A DNA stretch of 63,474 nucleotides, filler included, from Octopus bimaculoides (Eukaryota): the NCBI RefSeq assembly GCF_001194135.2. It is 10 parts of 9 records of this genome, joined end to end, with 100 filler letters (N's around TTAATTAATTAA, not from the genome) between each part and the next. Parts side by side here need not be neighbours in the genome. Positions count along the whole stretch, not along the records: positions 32,653 to 39,390 come from NC_068985.1; positions 39,491 to 44,142 come from NC_068985.1; positions 44,243 to 53,111 come from NC_068991.1; 7 more parts are not named here. One strand, 5' to 3'. The translations under genes were made by a program, and so were the position numbers. Below the pieces are notes generated by a model. The model saw only the letters and a list, made by a program, of their open reading frames with translations, was not told the DNA's origin and ran no database searches. Within the stretch, counting starts at the first letter, position 1, and every line of letters starts with the position of its first letter. Below are positions 39,040 through 50,809 of the stretch, piece after piece.

Positions 39040-39390
39040 CCGTAAATCCTCGAGTATAATCCGCACTTTTTTCCCAAAATTTAAAGGTCAAAATTTCTAG
39101 TGCGTACTATATACGAGGTTAAAATGGAAAAATATTTTCTAAGCAAAATTTTCTAAGTGATAAATATGTAAAGGCAATTTACTTAATATTTATTTTTCAC
39201 TGATGTTATTACTGTTATTTCTTTATTTTCTGCAAACAAAGTGCACAAAAAAGCTACACGTTTGCATAGTTATATATACAATAATAATAAAGGACGTTGC
39301 CGTATATATGTTTACAAACCAAGGACGTTATATAGACCTCCTTGACTCAAGTTAGAGAAGGGTGCGTATTATACACAATGTTTAGGTTTA
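39040..39390 (+). mobile_element. pogo/Tigger-like non-autonomous element, right end in N-gap
   Basis: TA followed by CCGTAAATCCTCGAGTATAATCCGCAC, with internal inverted subrepeats GTGCGTACTATATACGAGG and GTGCGTATTATACAC. Confidence 0.55.
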
Positions 39391-39490
39391 NNNNNNNNNN
39401 NNNNNNNNNNNNNNNNNNNNNNNNNNNNNNNNNNTTAATTAATTAANNNNNNNNNNNNNNNNNNNNNNNNNNNNNNNNNNNNNNNNNNNN

Positions 39491-39499
39491 ATACATACA

Positions 39500-39535
<36 letters not shown>

Positions 39536-39564
39536 TATATGTATATATATACATATATGTATAC

Positions 39565-39603
<39 letters not shown>

Positions 39604-39759
39604 CATATATATACATATATATACATATATATATATATGTATATATGTATATATGTATGTATGTATGAATGTATGTATGTATGTATGTATGTATGTATGT
39701 ATGTATGAATGTATGTATGTATGTATCATTACATATACATGTATGTACGTGCATGTGCA

Positions 39760-39823
<64 letters not shown>

Positions 39824-39840
39824 TGTGTGTGTGTACATGA
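39491..39840. repeat. Compound (ATAC)/(AT)/(GT) microsatellite just inside the ADMP-like intron. Similar blocks at 5628-5720, 7690-7795, 18720-19070, 41260-41372, 43390-44142, 55520-55600
   Basis: Read directly. Confidence 0.95.
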
Positions 39841-39896
39841 AAGACCATGAAAAATAACGTTGTATATTTGTTTATAAGAAAGTTATTGACACTTAC

Positions 39897-40533
39897 CTCT
39901 GTCTGGGAAGCTACGTATAATATCCGCATTGTAAGGACTATTAGCCTTTGTCAGGCCTCCGCTGTCTGTAATGCTTTGATAAAGTTGAGTCATGTATTCA
40001 GGAGCGATCATGTGCGGTGACACTTTGTCCGGTGACGGAAGTCGCCGAATACCGAACACACGTGACAAACGTTCGAGTGCATCCATGTTTGATTTTGATA
40101 TATCTGGTGTCAATGATCGACGTTTACGAACGTGTGTCTCGTCTACGTTCTCCGATAAATCTTTGTCCCTGTAAGTAACATGGTGATTATTTCCTTCATC
40201 TACCCCCTGGTTACCATATAGAGCGTCCTTAGCAATTGTCCAGTGGTGAAATGAAGAGCTTCTTACTGTGTCTCTATTTAGCAGTGATGACCAAAGTGAA
40301 TTTGAATTTGACACGGACACAAAACGATTGGATTTCAAGTGACGCGACAAAAGTGATGATGCTTCAACTGGGGTGTAAGTTTGCGAGATGCTGCGGGACG
40401 TGTTGTTGTTACGATACGTTGAATAATTTCTCGTCGTCGACCAAGCTGCAACAACCTGTACTGGCATGGCCATACTACTGCAAGCTGTCATAGCAATCAG
40501 CACTACCAGTATTACAAATCGAGGTGGGTACAT
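39897..40533 (-). CDS. ADMP: First coding exon of a BMP/TGF-beta family ligand, best match ADMP (anti-dorsalizing morphogenetic protein): signal peptide plus N-terminal prodomain
   Basis: ATG at 40533 is Met123 of ORF 39883-40899 and starts a hydrophobic signal peptide (MYPPRFVILVVLIAMTACSSMA). The exon end, ALERLSRVFGIRRLP...APEYMTQLYQSITDSGGLTKANSPYNADIIRSFPDR, resembles the BMP prodomain start (PxYMxxLY...N.IRSF) and, as recalled, the ADMP-type YNA(D/N)xIRSFPDR ending. A canonical donor AG|GTAAGT follows 39897 (phase 1). Family call is strong; the paralog call is from memory, not a search. Confidence 0.75.
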
Positions 40534-41302
40534 TAGATATTGTGCTGTGAGGCAGCCGCTGTCTAACGATAATTGGCGGCCTCCTGTAGAAACAGTAGCA
40601 AAACTGTCTTGGTGTTGATTTTCTCCTGAGTTTCCAGGTTGGGGAGAAGTTCTGTTGTATTGCTGACGGCAACCGTAAAAATGTACACAACAACACCCTG
40701 CGTTCTTGTAACGTGAAAGTGATAAGTGTTTGAAACCGGAAACAAAATAAGCCATGAAACATAACTGAGGAGGTGATGGGTAAAGCAAAGTAGAAACAAT
40801 ATCTGATTTTCGTCTTCCTTTTCTTTCCCCAACTCTCTGGACGAACGATCTGTTAAAAGGATTCGGCTCCGGCCAATGCCAACCAGCCTCAAACAGCATT
40901 ATTATCTTCTCTCCTCCTGACAGCTATTCATCTTATCTAGCAGAACCACTCTCACACGTTCACACATGCAGACAGTCAGACACCATAGATACATACCTGA
41001 GGACGATAATTGCTCGTAGACTGAATGTTATACTCGTGCAATTTTGACTTGGTTCAAGATATAATATTAGATAGGTAGACAGACAAACAGACAAACAGAT
41101 AGATAGACAGACAGAAGAGTGGAAATGAGGGAGGAGTCAAATAAACAGAGAGAAAGATAGGGAGTTGGAGGAAAATTTTACGGCTAGCTCTATGACGGAG
41201 AGGCGGAGATATAAAGACAGGCTAAAGGTGGGAATGTATAACAGACAGATAGATTGATAGACAGACAGACAGACAGACAGATAGATAGATAGACAGACAG
41301 AC

Positions 41303-41372
<70 letters not shown>

Positions 41373-43391
41373 CTTTATATGTTTTTATGGAAATAAATTA
41401 TTTGAATTATTTTCGTTTTTGTTTTTTTTTTTGAGATGGGAAAACTAGAAAACTAAACTAGAAAGATGTCACCAAACTGTAAATAAAGATTATCCGTATA
41501 TCAGAAATAAAGCAAATATTGTTCTTTCTCCATATTTTCCCCCACTTTTCTTCGTTTTGTTTGTTCTTGTTCTTTTTTCTTTCGCTTTTGTCTTTTGTTT
41601 TCTTTTCTTTTTTCGTTTCCGTTGTTATTTATTTATCTATTTATTTTCATCTTCTATACTCCTCGGTAAATTATTCAACTTTGTTTACTGTTCTGTTCGG
41701 TGGGTTTGCGACGAAAAATTTACACCCCTGTTGTTCGTCTCAAGTTAAGTAGGTAGTATTAAAATAACTTAGCTACTTACCTTCCACTAATAGCAGTCGC
41801 CCGACCGGCTGGCTAGCTATAGCTGCCAAAAATCCCCCTCAAAAACCACCAAATACTTCCAGTTTGGATGAAGTTGAAGTACATTTGGTGATGTGTTTTG
41901 AGAGTGACACAAAGATTTGACTGGAACGAAGCGAAGAGATGACCACGGTTGTAACGAATAATTCTGATGGTAGGCCTTACACGATCAAGTCAGAACTGAT
42001 CTGTGATTAAACAACAGTAACACACAAACACATACATTCGCGCACACACGCATTCAAACAATAATATACACTTGGTCTGATTCCACTCTTAAAAACTGGA
42101 CATCGTTGTTCTTCTTCATTAGCCCTGCTGCTGCTGTTACTGTTGTTTTTAATGTTGTACATGGTGATGATGACGATGACGATTACAATGATGATAGTCT
42201 TGCCGTTGTTGATGCTGATGGTGGTGACGGTAGTGGTACTGAAATATTGTTGCTCTTATCGTTATTGGAAGTTATTATTCTTCGTTAGGTTCCTGTGTGT
42301 CTGTCAGACAGTCTACTGCTACTGCCGTTATTTTTCAAGTTAGTGTCGGCTGACTGAGCTAGTTTAATTTAAACGTTAAGTGCGTTTTGTGTGTACGTAC
42401 GCACGGAGAGCTGACAGCGGTATGGGGGTGACAAAACATCGGTTGCGGCATATAGTGAGGTTGTCCGATAGTTTGTCGTCGTGCAAAATCTATCATCATA
42501 AATACATACTCCTTATTACATATGGTTATTACTGTTGGTCGATGAAATAAGTACCAGTTGAGCACAGGGGACTATCTAATCAACTAACTTCTTTTCCAAA
42601 ATTTCAGGCTTTGTACTTATAGCAGAAAGGATTATTACTATCGATCAATGGATTAATGGGTTGAACTGACGGAATCGTTACCGCAAAATGCTCAGCGACA
42701 TTTCGTCCGTCTTCATGTTCTTAGTTCAAATGCCGCCGCGGTCGACTTTGCCTTTCATCCTTTCGGTGTCGATAAAATAAGTACCAGTTGAACAGTGGGG
42801 TCGTTGTAACCGATTTAACTCCTCCCCCGAAATTACTGGCCTTGTGCAAAACTTTGAAACAATTTAAGGTGGCGAGCTGGCTGAATCATTAGCACGCCGG
42901 GCAAAATGCTTAGCTGCATTCCGTCCGCCTTTACGTTCTGAGTTCAAATACCACCGATGTTGACTTTATCTTTCATCCTTTTGGGGACCATAAAATATAT
43001 ACCAGTTCATCACAGGGGTCGATGAAATACACGAACCCATTCCCAGACAAAAAATTCAGGCCTTGTGTCTACAGGGCTCAGGATTTTTATTACTCTCATT
43101 ATATGGATTAGTGGATGGTAGAATTGTTGGGCCCCCTCGGACACAATTCTTTGCAGTATTTCTGTCGGCCCTTTTTGTTTAGAGTTCAAGCCCATCTGAA
43201 GTTAACTTTGTCTTTCTTATTTTAGGCGTAGATAAAATACAGTACTAGTCATGTACTGGGATCGATATAATTATTAAATATCTTCTGTAAATTGCACGTC
43301 AGGTTCCTAATGTGAATGTTATCATTTTGTCCAGAAATGCAACGACGAAGGATATGCGTGTGTATTTACTTGTATATACAAACATAAATAC

Positions 43392-43426
<35 letters not shown>

Positions 43427-43437
43427 CATACATACAT

Positions 43438-43476
<39 letters not shown>

Positions 43477-43628
43477 CATACATACATACATACATACATA
43501 CATACATACATACATACATACATACATACATTAGAAAAACTGAATAGGGGTAGATTTTCTGTGGAAAAATTATCAGAAAAATACAAGGATGAAGGATGTT
43601 ACGTGTGTGTATATGCTGCATGTATGTA

Positions 43629-43673
<45 letters not shown>

Positions 43674-44242
43674 ACTTGGGGATGGTCATATTGCCAGTTT
43701 AGCCACATATATATCTCTGTGTGTGTGCGTACATACATACATACATACATTGGAAAAACTGAATAGAGATGGCTTTTCTGTGGAAAAATTATCAGAAAAG
43801 CCATCTCTAATCATCTTTTCAACTACATAATACTGAAGCAGACACTTTCTATTTTCAATTATGTAATTATGTATGTATGCACGTATGCATGTATGTATGT
43901 ATGTATGTATGCATGTATGCATGTATGTATGTATGTATGTACGTTTGTATGTATCTATGTATGTACGTTTGTATGTATGTATGTATGTGTGTATGTATGT
44001 ATGTATGCATGTATGATGTATGGATTTATGTATGCATGTATGTATGTATGTATGTATGTATGCATGCATGCATGTATGTATTATGTACTTATGTATGTAT
44101 GTATATATATGTATATATATACATACATACATACATATATATNNNNNNNNNNNNNNNNNNNNNNNNNNNNNNNNNNNNNNNNNNNNTTAATTAATTAANN
44201 NNNNNNNNNNNNNNNNNNNNNNNNNNNNNNNNNNNNNNNNNN

Positions 44243-44545
44243 CGCTCCCTAATTAGTTGGGCTATGACCCTCTCTGTAACTTTCATAACCTGATCTAACA
44301 GCTTGATGCCTCTGTAATTATTTGTATCTAAAGCGTCCCCTTTACCTTTGTAGCAGTTGACTATGATGCTGCTACACCAGTCATAGGGTATGACTCCTTC
44401 GTGTATCACCTGGTTCGTAATACGGGTGACTAGGCTATAGCCAACACTGCCAGATATTTTGAGCATCTCTGCAGTGATTCCTGATGGGCCGGGGGCTTTC
44501 CCGGTCTTCATACTCTTAATTGCTTTATCTACCCTGGTACTATCA
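44243..44545 (-). mobile_element. RTE LINE RT fragment
   Basis: VDKAIKSMKTGKAPGPSGITAEMLK...NNYRGIKLLDQVMKVTERVIAQLIRE. Confidence 0.88.
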
Positions 44546-44617
44546 ACTCGGATAGACAAGAAAAAGCGAAGTTGTTTACTAAAAGAGCTGTCATATCCAT
44601 TTGATTCCAGGATCATA

Positions 44618-44955
44618 AAGAAAGAGGATGGAAAAAAAATACAATCCCTTAAGATTTGAAATTGCAAGAATTTGGGGTATGAAAACTGTAAAGGTTGTGC
44701 CTATAGTAATTGGTGCATTGGGAACAGTAAGGAACGATATAGACAAATGGTTGAAGTGGATTGGAATAGAGTGTCCTGTAGAGATTCTACAGAAATTTTG
44801 ATTCTTATGGACAGGAAAGATTATCAGGGGGGTTCTAAACACTTGAAAGACTATTGAAAGTTGTGGATACCTAAGGTTACAGCTAATAACCTGCTACCCA
44901 CATAAATCCTACCAGGAGTAAGACTGAACCGGAGTCGATAAAAAATAATAATGGC
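44618..44955 (+). mobile_element. 3' end of an R4/Dong-like (restriction-like endonuclease) LINE
   Basis: KYNPLRFEIARIWGMKTVKVVPIVIGALGTV...LQK...KIIRGVL, followed by a short UTR and a (TAA)-type tail. Confidence 0.75.
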
Positions 44956-45100
44956 AATAAAAATGATTAAATTATGATGTAGAAAATAACTAAATGGAAT
45001 ACGAATTACATAAATATATATAGATAAATAAAATAATGAATAGATATATATACAGGTTCAAATAACATAAATAAAAGAAATAGACATAAGATATATATAT

Positions 45101-47597
45101 TGTTATGGGGATAATAATAATACTAATAATGGAAAACCCCTCCCACATGACGAGTGGTACATGGTCACCATTACAAATATTGTGATGTTGAGAACTTGGG
45201 GTAGTTGGTCATAGATAGTCGTGTTTTACTTGACTAACTAACTATACTACTATACTGGAGTGGATGTATAACAGTTCAACATTGGATTACAACAGTGGTG
45301 ATGAGGAATTAACAAACTCATAAGGATCAAACAAACCCACTAGGAGTTACAAAACTCACAATAGTTTTTTTGTACAAATTTTATGGTATACAAAAACATA
45401 AAATTATGGAAGATTTGTTGGCTGGTTTGCTTGAGTTTCAAAAATAGCAACAACAATAACTGCAGGAACAACAGCAGCAGCTGCAAGAACAGCAACAACA
45501 ATTACCTTATAGCAACAACAACTGCAAGAACAACAACCACAATTACTATTACAACAACAAATGCTGCGATTAATGAATAATAAGTCATCAAAAAATGTTG
45601 AAAATGTTGCCAGATTATGTTGCAAACTCAAAAACAGAATTTAAGTATAACCAGACGAAGGAGTTACTTTTGAGGTGTACGACAGAAGATATGAACAGAT
45701 CTTCAATAAAGAGGGCAAAGATTGGGATGATGATACGAAAACGTGTCTAATCCTAAGAAAACTGGCAGCAAAAGAATATGAGCATTACAGCAATTATGTA
45801 CTCCCAAAAAAACCTTCTGACATAAACTTTAAAAATACAATAGACATATTGTGTAAAATTTTTAGTGAGAAAAGCACCTTGTTCAATACATGCTGGAAAG
45901 ATTTGAACCTAGAAAAGAATAACAAGAAAGACTACATCACATATACTGGTAGAATTAACAGAGAATGTGAAAAGATCAAACTGGATGAATTAACGCCAGA
46001 TATGTTCAAGTGCCTGATATTTACTCAGGGACTAACTGCAGAAAAAGACGCAAATGTAAGAACAAAAATTCTCACTAAGCAGGAACAAAACCAAGCTGTA
46101 ACCTTACAACAAGTGTCAGAAGAGTGTGAAAAATGGTAAATTTAAGACATGACACAGAGAAAATTGAGCATAAAGATTGCTCCAAAGCGAAAGAAGTGTG
46201 AAATAGGCAAAATAGTAATCAAGTGTATACTAAAATACAGTACAAACAGGACTGCATGTGGGGGGTCTACACCCAAGAAAAATTACCCATTTGAGAAGTA
46301 GAATGTTTTCATTGATGAAAAATCAGACTCGTAAAAATGCACTGAAAACCAAGGTGACAAAACGTTGGAACAAAGAAAAAAGAATAGACAAGATATTGAA
46401 AGAAAATGGTAACGTGACAAAAAGGAAATTTGTAAATATGAAAATTGAAAATATATGAGTAAAAACACCATTAGACACTGGAAGTGATATTATCATTGTG
46501 AATGAAGAAACTTGGAAGTGTATTAACAGGTAAAAGATTGTATTTTGTAAGTAAGTTTGTGTGTAATGTGACATTTCATGATCAAATGAAAATGGCAAAC
46601 ATATATGCATTAAAAAATTCAGTTAATCTATTTGGCACAGAGTAGATGGAACTGTTCAAATTGTGGAATACACCCATAAGTGTTTTGTGGGTGAATGTAG
46701 TTGGTTCAGTCAAAGGTTCAAATGCAGCTGAGGGATTGAAACAAAAAATAAAACATTTATTTCCGGATGTTTTTTCGGATGAACTAGGCTGCTGCATGAA
46801 AAGCCTAGGAATAATCAAGAAGATATGATAATCGCAGCTTTAAGGTCAGGAAGAGAAGGCATAAAAACGAAATGTAGAAAGGACAAATTCATAACAGAAA
46901 TGGAAAGAATACTGTCAACAGGAAAAGTAAATAGGAACAGAATTGATGCAAAACAAAGCCAAGATGTGAACCTACACCTGATTTGTGTGCACAGAGAATA
47001 GTAATACCTGAAACACTGCAAAATAAATTGTTCAGGGAACTTCATGTTGGACATTCAGATATTTTGAGGATGAAAGCCTTAATGCATAGCTATGTGTACT
47101 GGCCATAAATGGATAGAGAAATCGAAAATTTAGTGGAAGGCTGGAGAGGATGTGCTCTACTGGCAAAATTACTGATGATAAAAGTAGATGTTCTATGGTC
47201 GAGACTACACAACGATTTTGTTGGTCCTTAAACGGTTCATACTACTTAATGGTAGTAGATAGTTTCTCTAAATGGCCAAAAATTTGTAAGTGTAAAAAAC
47301 CAGCCTCCTCAACTACAACAAACTTTCTAAATGAGCTGTTTGTGAGATTTGGCATCCCAGACACGATAGTGACTGACAATGGAACACAATTTGTGTCTTT
47401 TGAATTTAACATGTTTTGTAAAACATTCGCTGTAGAACATGTAACTACAGCACCATACCATCCCAAATCTAATAGACAAGCAGGACACTTTGTTGATACG
47501 TTCAAGAGAGCCCTAAGAAAGTCGAATATAGAAATCATGGATGAAGTAGCTCTACAACAATTCTTAAGAGTATACTGTGTGACACCAAATCCAATAC
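45101..47597 (+). mobile_element. Second Gypsy (K02A2.6/Mag-like) relic: 5' LTR ending 45294, gag, protease, integrase; RT/RNase H largely deleted, 3' truncated
   Basis: TACAACA followed by PBS-like TGGTGATGAGG. Gag ORF 45675-46139 is similar to 13749-14269. Protease PLDTGSD and integrase DSFSKWP...IVTDNGTQF...PYHPKSN. The LTR start is uncertain (45101 or about 45182). Confidence 0.85.
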
Positions 47598-47824
47598 TCA
47601 GGAAGAGACTATTCTAGAGTACGTTCTGCCTTATCTTCGAAACGTCGAGTTAGAATAGAGGCAGCTGATGAATGAATAATTCCAAGTGGCTATCTGTTTT
47701 CCTATGTGTTCGTTCCGTTGTCTATAGTTCATTGTTCTAACGTCCTGTACCCTGATATGCATCTATATACACATGTAGATGTAAGTATGGACATATATGT
47801 GTGTATACATGCATTTATATTCTT

Positions 47825-47863
<39 letters not shown>

Positions 47864-48510
47864 GCACCATCACGGGGCCCAAGAAGCAATATCACATAAC
47901 ACATCACTTCTGTTGCACTTCAGTAAATCTCATATATTGCATCATATGCAAACTCTGTGGTGCTCTTTACATTGGATAAACAGGGCGACGCCTTGGGTAT
48001 TGCATTCGCGAACACATCAGAAGCATAATGCTATGTATGCCAGGCCAACCTGTTGCCACCTACTTCAACACTGTGAAACATTCTATTGCAGATTTATCAG
48101 TGTGTGGCATGACCTTGCACCACGGACCCCACTTCTCTAGGAAATGAAAGGAGCAATGTCTCATATTTGATATTGGCACTATGTCCCCAACAGGTATGAA
48201 TGAATGTTTTTCCTTTCATCTGTTCACCTCCTCTTAATTCTTTTTTGCCCTTTTTAATCCCCCTTCCACCCTCTCTCTGCAACATTTCCATATTTACTTA
48301 CCTCTACTCTCTCTATCACCCTTTTCCTTCTCTTTTCTGCACACCCTCTCCCATAACTTCTGTTTCATGTTAGCATCCTGTGTTATTCTGCATTCATTAC
48401 CAGTTGCAGTCAGTTTTTCAAGCTGAGAGGATGTAAACTCTATTTGACTTTTTCTTTTTTTCTTCTTTTTCTCAGCCCCCTGACAAAGGATTGAATCCGA
48501 AACATTGGAT
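47597..48510 (+). mobile_element. Penelope-like element remnant (terminal-repeat fragment, GIY-YIG EN, 3' repeat with decayed hammerhead)
   Basis: HFCCTSVNLIYCIICKLCGALYIG*TGRRL...REH is a GIY-YIG motif. Hammerhead-like motifs sit at about 47595-47690 and 48477-48509. Confidence 0.8.
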
Positions 48511-48639
48511 ATTCCACTCCTCATGGCAAGTTCACTGTACACCTTTTACTTTTTTCTATATCTTTTCAAGTCTTGCCGATGCAGAGCTACTAGATTATTG
48601 CCTGATTATATATATATATATATATATATCAAAGAAAGG

Positions 48640-49735
48640 TTAACCAGGATGATAGCTTTTGTGTGCGGCAGATGCACATGGGCAATAAACACCGCAGATG
48701 CTCAGATAATGGATTCCATCACATGCCAGGGGGAGAAACTAGAAGTTGCTGATAGCTTCCACTACCTAGATGCTAGATTACCAAGTCTGTAGTGGGGGTG
48801 GATGCTCAGAAAGTATTGCCACTAGAATAAGAATAGCCTGGGCAAAGTTCAGAAAGCTCCTATCTCTACTGGCGACAAAGGGCCTCATGCTCAGAATGAA
48901 AGGTAGATTGTATGATGCATGTGTGCAATCTGCCATGCTACATGGCAGTGAAACATGGGCCATGACTGCTGAAGACATGTGTAGGCTTGAAAGAAATGAA
49001 GCTAGTATGATCCGCTGGATGTGTAATGTTGGTGTGCACACACAACAGAGTGTAAGCGCCCTGAGAGAAATGTTGGACATAAGAAGCATTAGATGTGGTG
49101 TACAAGAGAGATGACTGTGCTGGTATGGTCATGTGTTGCATATGGATGAGGAGATCTGTGTGAAGAAGTGTCACTCCTTAATAGTGGAAGGAACCCGTGG
49201 AAGAGGGAGACCAAGGAGGACATGGGATGAGATGACCATCGAATGTTGGGCCTCACAGAGGCAGTGACAAAAGACTGAGACCTCTGGAGATATGCTGTGA
49301 TTGAAAAGACCCAGTAAGTAAAGTGAGATCACAGCTGTAGCCTATACCAGTGTCACATAACCAGCCCATTTAAAAAGTATCTTTGAATCATTGGGCGACA
49401 CGTCATACTTGAGGAGACCTATTGAGTCAAGTAAAATCAAAAATCAAATCACAATCAAAATGAAAATTGTAGTCGTGGCCTATGCCAGTGCCACCTGACT
49501 GGCTCTTGTGCTGGTGGCATGCAATAAACACCATTCATGCGTGGGTCACTGCCAGAGCCGCCTGATTAGCTCCTATACTGGTGGCACATATAAAAACGCC
49601 TTCCAAATGTGGTCGATGCCAGCCCCCATCCCCACCCCGACTGGCTCCTGTACTGGTAGCACATAAAAAGCACCATCTGAGCATGGCCGATGCTAGTACC
49701 ATCTGACTGGCTCCCATGCCGGTGGCACATAAAAG
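48640..49735 (+). mobile_element. 5'-truncated RTE LINE (C-terminal ORF2 plus 3' UTR repeats)
   Basis: EVADSFHYL...WAKFRKLL...LHGSETW...WYGHV, then the same 3' UTR tandem repeats as 2780-3090. Confidence 0.88.
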
Positions 49736-50685
49736 TCATTTCATTCTGGTAACTTTGACCTCACAAATAAGCAACGCAGTCGACCAGAAACTGAAAGCCA
49801 CTGTCGAGTCAGATCCATCTCAAAGTTCCCAAAAATTATTTTTGTTGTTTGGTGTTAACAAGCAAACAATATTGACTCACCTAGTTCAAATTGGTAAAGG
49901 GAAAAAGTTGGATAAGTGGGTTCCACATGAACTCAATGAAAATCAGAAACAGCAACGTTTGAAAGCCAGCATTATGCTACTTTCTCATCACAAAAATGAA
50001 TCACTTTTGAATTGAATTGTAACATGTGATGAGAAATGGATCCAATACAACAACCATAAACATTCAGCACAATAGTTGGATAAAAACGAGCCACCAAAAC
50101 ACAGTTCAAAAAGCAAAATTCATCAAAAGAAGCTGATGGTGTGCGTTTGGTGGTATGGCACAGGTGTGATCTATTGTGATTTCATTAAACCTGGCTCATC
50201 AATCACAGCCGAAGTATATTGCAGCCAACTGGACCAAATGATGCAGAAACTTACAAAAAAGCAAAAAAAAAACCAGCTTAGATTAGTCAACAGATTCATT
50301 CCTATTTTATTGCAAAACAATGCCAGACCACACATTGCAAAAAATGATATTGGTGAAACTACAGGAGTTGGAGCTGGAAGTTCTCCATCATGCTATACTC
50401 ACTTGATCTTGCCCCCACTGACTACCACTTCTTCCAGAATTTGGATAACATTTTCATTGGAAAAAAATTTAATTCCAACAATGCTATAAAACAGGCCTTC
50501 CAAGATTTTATTGATTCTAGGTTGCTGGGCTTTTATAGTTCCAGACTGGACAAGCTACCGCCGAAATGGAAAAAGTGTATTGACAAAATGGGAGCATACT
50601 TTGATGAATAAAACTATTCCTTGTATTTATAAAACATTAGCAAACCATTTTTTCTTTTCTGAAAATTTCCTACTTGACGACCTAA
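49736..50685 (+). mobile_element. Mariner (DD34D) transposon, 5' part missing
   Basis: WVPHEL, IVTCDEKW, LLQNNARPH, YSLDLAPTDYHFF and the C-terminus ...GAYFDE*. The right TIR ends GACCTAA followed by TA. Confidence 0.9.
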
Positions 50686-50756
50686 TATATATTTGTTTAT
50701 ATATATATATATGTACATATATATATATATATATATTTAATAGATATATATATTTA

Positions 50757-50806
<50 letters not shown>

Positions 50807-50809
<3 letters not shown>

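Noticed and set aside
43527-43800. Duplicated unit of about 55 bp (CATACATT(A/G)GAAAAACTGAATAG...GAAAAATTATCAGAAAA)
   Set aside because: A local, microsatellite-flanked duplication with no sign of function.
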